From sequence record MZ443780.1: 64,000 bases of DNA; one strand, 5' to 3'. The position numbers and the translations under genes were made by a program. Positions 53,583 to 61,524 of the stretch are shown one piece after another (position 1 is the first letter of the stretch; each line of letters begins with the position of its first letter). Below the pieces are notes generated by a model, which worked only from the letters and a program-made list of their open reading frames with translations, was not told where the DNA came from and made no database searches.

Positions 53583-54161
53583 ATGGAGCAGATCGATTTG
53601 TTTGATACTAAAGGTGCCCACGAGATTTCTGAGTATATAGAACTCGGTTCAGATGGACTTCCTCTAATGTTGGCTACACGCAATGACTGGCGAGTGTATG
53701 CTGCGTTCGGCGATCCTGTAGTGCGCGCGGAACTTTTGGAAAAGCACCCAGACCTGAAGCCGGGAAAATTGAAGTTCCGCAAGAAGCTGGTCATGATTCA
53801 AGAGTTTGTGTTGGTCACTCATGACACACTCAAGGAAAGTCTGCGCAAGAAACAAGGCGATGTATACTCTGGAAGCTACGACAGGGACCCGCAGTACCTG
53901 ATCAATGTGTATAATCACACTGAGAAGGTAGCGTTGTTCATGCGTGACTTCGAAGACTTCATGTCGGGCTTCATGAACGCCGTGCATCTGTTCACTGTGT
54001 CAACTGTGTATGACGGTCGCCTGTTGATCTTCGCAGAGAACGGAGCACCTATTGTCTCCGCAGAAGAAACGCTGGAGATGCTTAACGAGATTGAGCACTT
54101 CATTAACCGAAGCAAAGTGTATCGCGTACACTCACAACACGCCATCTACCGTACAATCTAA
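53583..54161 (+). CDS. hypothetical protein
   Basis: GAGGAG RBS before ATG 53583. Confidence 0.75.
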   Translation: MEQIDLFDTKGAHEISEYIELGSDGLPLMLATRNDWRVYAAFGDPVVRAELLEKHPDLKPGKLKFRKKLVMIQEFVLVTHDTLKESLRKKQGDVYSGSYDRDPQYLINVYNHTEKVALFMRDFEDFMSGFMNAVHLFTVSTVYDGRLLIFAENGAPIVSAEETLEMLNEIEHFINRSKVYRVHSQHAIYRTI

Positions 54162-54208
54162 TCTATCAATAGCGGCAGCGCTCACGGGTGCTGCACAGGA
54201 GAAACATT

Positions 54209-55858
54209 ATGTCATTCGATATGCGCAAAAACGTACTCATGGTTCGCTCTATGTCTCACGGCCAACCGTTCTATAACTTCTACAATGCAGTGGGCATCGA
54301 GTTTACGCTTGCCGGTTACCAGCTTAAAGAGATTTATGATTGCCATTACCAAGGTAAGCTGAGTGGCATTCGCACGTATTGGGGCTTCTCAAACAAAGCC
54401 ACCAGTGAGACTTTCGAGTTCTCATCGCGCGGCGATCTGATGTGGAACGTGTCGCTGAACAATACTTGCCACACTCTGCTTCCGTTTGAAATGATTATCG
54501 GGCATGAGGGTTTCAACGTTGTTAATGGCTTCATGATTGAAGACCATGTACGCAAGCTGATCCGAATCCACCAGAGAGCTGTTGGTCGCACTCTCGAAAG
54601 TTATGTGTGGTTCGAAAAAATGACTGAACCTCAGATGCGTGAGATGCTGGCTGCTCTTGGCCTGGGCCCGCTGCGCATTGAACGTGCAGACCGTGCTGAA
54701 CTGATCAAGATTCATACCGAATGGCTGCGTAAGCATGACGACGAGTTTAAGTATACGCACGATGCTATTGGTCTCGATCACGACCAGAAGATACCTGCTG
54801 ACTTCTACGATGACCACGGTCGCCGTATCTCTCGTCGTATGCTGGCTGCACACAAAACAGTTGAGATGATGGCCACCGAGCTGTCCAATCTCATTCGCAT
54901 TTTCGACCTGAACCCTAACTTCAATCACAAAGATCCGATGTGGGAGTTCGGGCTTGCTACAATCGCCGAGCGTTTCATCTATGCAGAAGACGCGAAAGAA
55001 GCGCTTGCTGCTATTCTCGAAAACAGCCAGTTCGTTGTTAACGGTGTGTATGCGTTAGCGCGTGATTACGATTGGCGTCAAGTCAACGAAGAAACAGAGG
55101 AATACCGCCAATCGTTGATTCGTCGTCTGCTGCAAGAACTGCGCAATGAAATCGAAGCCGAAGATTCGATGTTTGTTGTCGAAGACGGGATTGTGATGAT
55201 CAAAGCTGTCGCTGTCACTGCGCACAACGAACAACTGTTGGCCGAACCTGACCTCGAAGAAGATGAAGAAGAGGACGAAGAAGAAGAGGTTGATGAGGTA
55301 GAAGATACGTCCGAAGAACAACGCGCCGTGTTGAAAGCACTCACTGCTCTGCCTGACGATTCTCTGCGTAAGCTGTGTACTAATCATAAGCTCGCGCCTA
55401 AGCATCGTATTAGAAAGCTGACTCGCACTGAGATGATTGAACTGTGCTGCGATTCATTCGGTACTGAACTGCCTGACGATATGGATGACGTAGACCCAGA
55501 AGCTGAGGCGGAAGTTGAGGCAAAAGCTGAATCAGGCAAACGTCCACGCAAGTACCCAGCTTTGGTTGATGACGTTAATATCAGCTACGACACTATTCGC
55601 TCTATTCTCATTCGTGCTAAAATCCCAGGCACTGATCATAAAGGCGAACTGCATCGTGGTACGAAAGAGGCCCGAGCTATCGCTCGCAAGAAAATACTCA
55701 ATAGCCTGAAAACTGCTGTTGATACAGGCTTGCTTGAGACACTGGCTGCCTTTACGCTCGAAGCACTCGCCTGTGCTCTGACTAAAATGAAAGACGGTGA
55801 TCGCTATCCTCGTGACTCTGCGTACCTGAAAGAACTAATTAAACACGCAACTCGTTAA
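54209..55858 (+). CDS. multidomain protein with two HeH-like motifs and an acidic tract
   Basis: AGGAG RBS before ATG 54209. Confidence 0.75.
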   Translation: MSFDMRKNVLMVRSMSHGQPFYNFYNAVGIEFTLAGYQLKEIYDCHYQGKLSGIRTYWGFSNKATSETFEFSSRGDLMWNVSLNNTCHTLLPFEMIIGHEGFNVVNGFMIEDHVRKLIRIHQRAVGRTLESYVWFEKMTEPQMREMLAALGLGPLRIERADRAELIKIHTEWLRKHDDEFKYTHDAIGLDHDQKIPADFYDDHGRRISRRMLAAHKTVEMMATELSNLIRIFDLNPNFNHKDPMWEFGLATIAERFIYAEDAKEALAAILENSQFVVNGVYALARDYDWRQVNEETEEYRQSLIRRLLQELRNEIEAEDSMFVVEDGIVMIKAVAVTAHNEQLLAEPDLEEDEEEDEEEEVDEVEDTSEEQRAVLKALTALPDDSLRKLCTNHKLAPKHRIRKLTRTEMIELCCDSFGTELPDDMDDVDPEAEAEVEAKAESGKRPRKYPALVDDVNISYDTIRSILIRAKIPGTDHKGELHRGTKEARAIARKKILNSLKTAVDTGLLETLAAFTLEALACALTKMKDGDRYPRDSAYLKELIKHATR

Positions 55859-55893
55859 TCGTCTAACCATACCTAACATTGTAGGGAATCAAA

Positions 55894-56346
55894 ATGAAAG
55901 AGAAAAATATTCTGGTACTGAATCGTGTTCGCCTCGTTATGGAAGATATGCTCGTTGAGCAATTCGCTGACTTGGCCCGCAAAGACCAAGAACGTGCAGG
56001 CGACCTGAGCGTTATCATGCTGTCTAAGATTCAGCAGGGTGTTAACGCTATGCTTGCGAACGGTAACCCAGAAGCATGTTGTCGTGCTGATGTTGCGTGG
56101 ACAGAATGCTCGTTCTTATCGACGACTGGTCTGTTCGTGATTGCATCGTCTGCCGATGCTGAGGTGCTCAATCACTTTGAAGACTCGGACTATCTATGCC
56201 ACATACGGGCTATCGAGCACTTCGCAAAAGAAGCTGGCTTCAAGTTCACTGTTGAGCCTATTCGTGTAGCGTTTCCATTCGAGAGCACGATCATCCCAGA
56301 AGCTCTGCGCTACGTGCCACCTACAGATAACTTGACTAAGCGCTAA
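55894..56346 (+). CDS. hypothetical protein
   Basis: 150 aa. Confidence 0.7.
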   Translation: MKEKNILVLNRVRLVMEDMLVEQFADLARKDQERAGDLSVIMLSKIQQGVNAMLANGNPEACCRADVAWTECSFLSTTGLFVIASSADAEVLNHFEDSDYLCHIRAIEHFAKEAGFKFTVEPIRVAFPFESTIIPEALRYVPPTDNLTKR

Positions 56347-56352
56347 AACAGC

Positions 56353-56403
56353 AAAAATCTGGACAAAATGAGGGTAGTATGCGAAACTGCCCTATGCTAT
56401 AAT
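56353..56403 (+). promoter_or_regulatory. early sigma70 promoter with conserved upstream element
   Basis: AAAAAT-CTGGACAAAAT-N5-TAGTAT-N17-TATAAT with TG extension. Confidence 0.8.
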
Positions 56404-56454
56404 AGAAGCGTAGCATGTGCTACGCTTTCTAACGTATGTCTGAGGAGACAAATC

Positions 56455-56916
56455 ATGCAAGAGCATAAAGCAACCCCGGCCGATATCGAACTGCAAGATC
56501 GTATGATGGAAGCGGGTGTCCAGCGCATCATCGAATTGAAACCTGAGTGGATCGACGTTTGTACTGCGGGACTTCGTTTGTACCTGACCGTGTGCGATCA
56601 AATCGGCGGTCCGATTCCTGAACTGCGTTTCGTCCATAACAGCAAACCTTGTCGCATTCAATTCAACTTGAACGAATCGGCAGAAGGTACCGAGTTCACT
56701 GCGAACGATATCGATCACGAAAAGCAAATGGCAATATGTGATGCCATTCTTGATGTGGCCGACGCGAACGAAGATGGCCACTCGCTGTTAGACCTTGCCA
56801 TTTGTTCTGGTCGCCTGTTCATGATTGGTTATGACGGGCTTGCGGGTACGGTTGAGAAAGTTTGCTTCCGTTTCGCCAAGAAGAACTACACAATGAATCT
56901 GGTCAAAGGTGAATAA
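56455..56916 (+). CDS. hypothetical acidic early protein
   Basis: CTGAGGAG RBS before ATG 56455. Confidence 0.8.
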   Translation: MQEHKATPADIELQDRMMEAGVQRIIELKPEWIDVCTAGLRLYLTVCDQIGGPIPELRFVHNSKPCRIQFNLNESAEGTEFTANDIDHEKQMAICDAILDVADANEDGHSLLDLAICSGRLFMIGYDGLAGTVEKVCFRFAKKNYTMNLVKGE

Positions 56917-56917
56917 C

Positions 56918-57607
56918 ATGAAACTCTCGCCAACTATGTTGAAACGCAGCAAGCTAAACCCTGATGTGTTTGCGCTTGTTCGTGAAGGTGAAGTGCTGTC
57001 CTCATTCAAACCGAGCAAGCTCTTTGCGGCGCTCAATGCCGTTGTTAAAGACAGCGGGCTGAAAGAAGTCGATATCGTGTGGCGTGACGGTACGCGCACT
57101 GTAGAACATCTCATTGTTCACCACACGCGCAAGCTAGTATCGACTGACACAATCATGAACTACTACAACGTGTGCCTGATGCTTCGCGCTCAAGGCGCTG
57201 CTGCTAGTCTGTCTACGCCTGTAGACATTCGTACTATGTTTGATTCGAACGGGCCTCTGATTAGCGAGATTCACATTGACCCTGAAATCGTCGATAAGCT
57301 GGTGGAAGCACTTACACCCAAGCACCCTATGTTTGCAGACGCGCACGGCATCGAAGAAGATGATGATGTGTTCGATGATGACGACGATTATGACCCTGAT
57401 GATGACTTCGACGATGAGGATTATCTCTCCGAAGATATCTCACCAGAAGAAGATCGTCTGAGCATTAGCGCTTGGGGATATCGCGCCGAAGACTGGACGA
57501 CTACTTTGACGGACGACGATATTCAGGAAGTGCATAGCCTCGAAGTGGGTATTGACCCTGACATTGAATTGCCACTCGCACCTGACGCGAAGGACAAATA
57601 CTTCTAA
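56918..57607 (+). CDS. hypothetical protein with Asp-rich C-terminal half
   Basis: AAGGTG RBS. Confidence 0.75.
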   Translation: MKLSPTMLKRSKLNPDVFALVREGEVLSSFKPSKLFAALNAVVKDSGLKEVDIVWRDGTRTVEHLIVHHTRKLVSTDTIMNYYNVCLMLRAQGAAASLSTPVDIRTMFDSNGPLISEIHIDPEIVDKLVEALTPKHPMFADAHGIEEDDDVFDDDDDYDPDDDFDDEDYLSEDISPEEDRLSISAWGYRAEDWTTTLTDDDIQEVHSLEVGIDPDIELPLAPDAKDKYF

Positions 57608-57798
57608 TGAAAAGCACTAACGAACTGGTCAAAGAATTGAAGCAACGCGGCGAGCTTATTATTGACGAGCGAAACAAAGACATGCTGCCTGATTTGACAT
57701 TCACGCTTGATTGCATGTGTATCACCTACAAGAAGCGGGAAGTAGAAACAACTAAGCGCGGCCGCGTTGTCAGAATCAAACTGACCAGTATTCACTGA
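57607..57798 (+). CDS. hypothetical small protein
   Basis: TAATG coupling, 63 aa. Confidence 0.6.
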   Translation: MKSTNELVKELKQRGELIIDERNKDMLPDLTFTLDCMCITYKKREVETTKRGRVVRIKLTSIH

Positions 57799-57937
57799 TG
57801 TTCTCTTTGGCCCGACTGCCCAGCGATGCTCATCCCCCAGAAGAGGTGCCTCGCGCAGAGGCATGGCAGTTCGGGTCCTTTTTGAAGCGCACTTGCGAGT
57901 ACGCTGCATAAAGTAAAAACAAACAGGAGGCTGTTGA

Positions 57938-58399
57938 ATGAAATTCACCGAAGTAAGTAAAGATGCACAGGTCATTCTCATGGGTTCCGCACTTGCGGGA
58001 GTTATCGAAGTGTTTGGCCGCGATGCCGATGACGGCGGTCGCAAGCTGCTGATTACTGCATTGAATCAGATTGGCCTGACGCCTGACGAGTTCAAGGCTC
58101 TGATCAACAACATGACAATTTCAGTCAGGGCAGAAGTTGGTGCAGTGCGTGTGCTCGAAGCAGATCCGGACGATGACTTCGAAGAAGACGCCGAAGACTT
58201 CGGTGCCTGTGCTGAGTGCGATCGTCCAGTAGAAGATTGCGTGTGTGACGATGAAGACGACGACCTCGATACGTCAGAGCAACGTCCAGGCAATCTGAAC
58301 GATGACGGTCGGACAGACGAAAATGGCTGGCAGAATCTCGATGAAGATGCCGTCTGCCGTGTATGCCACCAACAAGTGTGTGAGTGCCGAGGCTACTGA
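57938..58399 (+). CDS. acidic protein with two C-terminal CxxC...CxC zinc motifs
   Basis: CAECDRPVEDCVC and CRVCHQQVCECR; AGGAGG RBS. Confidence 0.75.
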   Translation: MKFTEVSKDAQVILMGSALAGVIEVFGRDADDGGRKLLITALNQIGLTPDEFKALINNMTISVRAEVGAVRVLEADPDDDFEEDAEDFGACAECDRPVEDCVCDDEDDDLDTSEQRPGNLNDDGRTDENGWQNLDEDAVCRVCHQQVCECRGY

Positions 58400-58611
58400 T
58401 GAGCAGACCGACACAAGACGAAATCAATGGTCAGATAGCTGCCTCCGAAGAGCAACGCTATAACGAGCAGATCGCTCAATACGATGACTGGACAGACGAC
58501 GAGCTGGCTGATGCTGTAGAAGCAAACGAGCTTGTGGGTGAAGACGAAGACGCAAGCGACTACAGCCGCGAAGCGCTGATTCGAATGCTGCTGGCGGATC
58601 GACGATTCTAA
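58399..58611 (+). CDS. small acidic HeH-like protein
   Basis: YDDWTDDELADAV...YSREALIRMLL; TGATG coupling. Confidence 0.7.
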   Translation: MSRPTQDEINGQIAASEEQRYNEQIAQYDDWTDDELADAVEANELVGEDEDASDYSREALIRMLLADRRF

Positions 58612-58613
58612 GC

Positions 58614-58664
58614 AAAAATCTGGACAAAATGAGGGTTGTCTCAAAACAGCGCCCCTGATACAAT
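58614..58664 (+). promoter_or_regulatory. early sigma70 promoter with conserved upstream element
   Basis: AAAAAT-CTGGACAAAAT-N5-TTGTCT-N17-TACAAT with TG extension. Confidence 0.85.
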
Positions 58665-58669
58665 ATAAA

Positions 58670-58860
58670 GACAGCGAGACATGTTCTCTCTGTTATGTGC
58701 CTATAACGTTTTGACCGTGTGTTTATCTTTTCCCGGGCACACGGTCCTTTTTAAAGTCGCTTCGATGAGGCTGCTTTAAAAAGGGTTCAATACCCTTTGA
58801 GCGCACCGGGCTTTACGCGGTTTCCGCCTTGTGTGCTCTCATGCTAAACCGCAAAGGAAA
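58670..58860 (+). ncRNA. candidate structured 5' leader / small RNA
   Basis: About 200-nt gene-free leader with 9-bp and 11-bp perfect stems and overlapping alternative pairings. Confidence 0.45.
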
Positions 58861-58865
58861 TAGAT

Positions 58866-59678
58866 ATGCCAAACTTACGTGCTAAACCAGAAGACAAATT
58901 TTCTAAAGCTCGTTCTGCGAAGAACTCACCTGAACGTCAGGCTGCTGCTGAGAAGAAACGCACAACCCCACGCGGTCCGTCTTCTGCTAAACCTCGTCAG
59001 TTGCCGCCGGGCTATGGCTATAAGTCAAAAGCTACAGGCGAACGTGCGCCAGAGCGTGACGATAAAGAGTCCCAGAAACCTGATTTGAGTAAGAAAGACT
59101 GGGTTGCTCGTCGTGACGCAACGCCGAAGATGCGTGATGAAGAACGTGTATTCAATCTCGTTCACGCAATTCTGGCTGCATGGAAAGCGGATATCGGACA
59201 CGCCGAACATACGGCAGCATCTTCTGGTATCATCAAAGTGTCTCGTCGTAAAGTTGAAGGCGCATTGCGCGATCTCAAGAATACGCGCTTCACTAAAATC
59301 CCAACGCTCATCAATGAAATTCTGACACACTCTGATGTGTGTGAGGAATTCGGGATGTGGGTGTACGTCGAGCACGACACGCCGGATTGGATCTTCGTGC
59401 GTCTGCCTGAAGACAGCACGCCTGTGCTTCGCGCTGATATCGTCTACGACCGCACAGGTCAAACTGCTACGACGATCACGACTTCGAGTGAACCGCTGCT
59501 TGAAGTCTTAGGGGAAGACGACGAGCCAGAAATGCTCGAATGCAATGAGCGCGATATTGAAGACCTTGAAACTAAGGCAATGCGCAAAGAGCTGATCGAC
59601 AAGGGCATCATCAAGCCAGAAGCTGCTGATAAGCTGAGTCGACCGGATCTGATGAAGCTGTTAGCGTACTACGCATAA
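58866..59678 (+). CDS. protein with basic disordered N-tail and C-terminal HeH-like motif
   Basis: AAGGA RBS, 270 aa. Confidence 0.8.
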   Translation: MPNLRAKPEDKFSKARSAKNSPERQAAAEKKRTTPRGPSSAKPRQLPPGYGYKSKATGERAPERDDKESQKPDLSKKDWVARRDATPKMRDEERVFNLVHAILAAWKADIGHAEHTAASSGIIKVSRRKVEGALRDLKNTRFTKIPTLINEILTHSDVCEEFGMWVYVEHDTPDWIFVRLPEDSTPVLRADIVYDRTGQTATTITTSSEPLLEVLGEDDEPEMLECNERDIEDLETKAMRKELIDKGIIKPEAADKLSRPDLMKLLAYYA

Positions 59679-59732
59679 GCAATAACGAGCAGGGCGCTGA
59701 AATATAGCTGCCCTGCTATCTGCGAAGTATGC

Positions 59733-59784
59733 AGAAAACTGGACAAAATCGTGGTTGTTATCTGACAGCCACCTATGCTACAAT
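59733..59784 (+). promoter_or_regulatory. early sigma70 promoter with conserved upstream element
   Basis: AGAAAA-CTGGACAAAAT-N5-TTGTTA-N18-TACAAT with TG extension. Confidence 0.8.
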
Positions 59785-59844
59785 ATATGCAGACGCAGTG
59801 AGCGTCGAAATCAAACTAAACAACAATACTGAGGAGTATTTATC

Positions 59845-61443
59845 ATGGCACGTATCGAAACTAACTCTAACCTGGTTGGCAAAACTATCATCCTGCTGAA
59901 CGGCACCAAATCTAAAATCGAAGATGCTATCGCGTCCGGTTACAAGGTGAAAGGTCAGAGCAAACGTATCGCAACCCGCTGCGTTATCAAAGAGGGTTCT
60001 CACTTCCGTGAGATCGAGCGCATGAATCTGAGCCAGCTTGAAGATACCGGCGAAGGTTACGTCAAGCTGAAAGAAGCGAAAGCGTCCGGCAAGAAAACTG
60101 CCGGTAAGAAAGAAGCTGCAACGCCGAAAGCGTCCGGCAAGAAAACTTCTGGTAAGAAAGATGCGAAACCGTCGAAAGACAAAGAACCTAAAGTTCGTCG
60201 CAAATCTTCCGAAGAGCAGTCCGAAGATTATCAGAATCTGGCACACGCTATCATCAAAGGCGGCAAAGCTAAACCTGCAGTTGAAATCGAAACTGTTGAC
60301 GAAGCGCTGACCGATACTGTGGCAAAACGTATCGCCGATATCGTGCTTAACACTGACGTTGCGAAAGTGTGCGCTGATAACAAAACGCCGATCGCAAACG
60401 CCCTGGATGTTACTTACGGCGCCGAGTATGCTGCTGATGGTAACGTCATGCAGATCACTCTGAACCTGCAATACGCGAAGCCTGTCAAAGTGCTTGCTCG
60501 CCCTACGCTCGAAAATGCAGAAGCTATCGCAATGCGAGCGCAGAAAATGATCGCGCCTAAGCTGTCTAAGAAGCTGGCGAAAGCGATTCGTGAAGCGTTC
60601 AATATCGAAGACGCAGACGAGCTGGAAGCAGGTACTATGCTGCTGAAAGACGGCGAAGAGTTTGTCTTCTACGGCGAATCTGCGAAGCACCTCGGCAAAG
60701 CGCTGCTGTATGTCGTAGCTACCGACAAGTTCAAATCTGTCCTTGGCTCTACGCTGGGTGAGTACGAAATCCCAGACGCAGAAGAAGAAAACGACGACGA
60801 GGAAGAAGTCGAAGAAGAGGAAGAAGAAGAGGTCGAAGAGGAAGAGGAAGAAGAAGACGGCGAAGAAGATAGTGAAGAAGACGGCGAAGAAGAAGATGCC
60901 GCCGAGTACGAATACGTCAAAGTCACTAAAGACCATATCAGCATGGTTAACAAGAAAGTGACCGCGAAGTATCACGCCGCGCTGGCTGAACGCTTCAACA
61001 CTACCGAAGAAGTTCTCGTCCCTGGCCTCGTATTGACTGACGGCGACACAACGTTCGCGTACCTTGGCTGTGATAGCAAAGGCGGCCTGCTCGTTATCGA
61101 CGTAGAAGCTGAGGCAGATGATGAAGATGTTCTGCTGTATAGCAAAGCGGATATCAAAACGCTGAACGACTTCAACCCTGTGATCGATAGCGGCCTCGTT
61201 TCTGACGACGAAGAAGAAGACGGTGAAGAAGATACCGAAGACTTCGAAGACGGTAACGACGATGAAGAAGAAGAAGACGGCGAAGACGAAGAAGAGAGCT
61301 TCGAATTTGACGACGAAGAATCTGTTGACCTCGAAGATCTGTCTGACGACGAACTGCGTGAACGTGCCGTTGAGCTGGGTCTGACTACACCGCGCAAATC
61401 TGAAAACATGACCGGCGCACAACTGCGCAAGCTGCTGAAATAA
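59845..61443 (+). CDS. highly acidic multidomain protein, paralog of 61525..62763
   Basis: CTGAGGAG RBS, strong codon bias, long Glu/Asp tracts, C-terminal HeH-like motif. Confidence 0.85.
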   Translation: MARIETNSNLVGKTIILLNGTKSKIEDAIASGYKVKGQSKRIATRCVIKEGSHFREIERMNLSQLEDTGEGYVKLKEAKASGKKTAGKKEAATPKASGKKTSGKKDAKPSKDKEPKVRRKSSEEQSEDYQNLAHAIIKGGKAKPAVEIETVDEALTDTVAKRIADIVLNTDVAKVCADNKTPIANALDVTYGAEYAADGNVMQITLNLQYAKPVKVLARPTLENAEAIAMRAQKMIAPKLSKKLAKAIREAFNIEDADELEAGTMLLKDGEEFVFYGESAKHLGKALLYVVATDKFKSVLGSTLGEYEIPDAEEENDDEEEVEEEEEEEVEEEEEEEDGEEDSEEDGEEEDAAEYEYVKVTKDHISMVNKKVTAKYHAALAERFNTTEEVLVPGLVLTDGDTTFAYLGCDSKGGLLVIDVEAEADDEDVLLYSKADIKTLNDFNPVIDSGLVSDDEEEDGEEDTEDFEDGNDDEEEEDGEDEEESFEFDDEESVDLEDLSDDELRERAVELGLTTPRKSENMTGAQLRKLLK

Positions 61444-61464
61444 TCTCGCTGTAAACTGAACGAC

Positions 61465-61495
61465 TGTGCGGTTCAAATCGAGCCGCACATTTATT
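61465..61495 (+). terminator. probable terminator
   Basis: TGTGCGG...CCGCACA stem followed by TTTATT. Confidence 0.55.
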
Positions 61496-61524
61496 GACAA
61501 CTAAGCTGATTGAGGAATCACACT

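Noticed and set aside
56893-56915. Partial early-promoter motif copies (AATCTGGTCAAAG at ~56896; AAATATCTGG at ~63654; AAAGTATCTGG at ~28495)
   Set aside because: They lie inside coding sequence with no -10 element at the conserved distance.
57809-57878. Possible tRNA (7-bp GGCCCGA/TCGGGTC acceptor-like stem, about 70 nt)
   Set aside because: No T-arm with a TTC loop, D-arm or anticodon arm in register, and no CCA. Kept only as a structured-RNA candidate.
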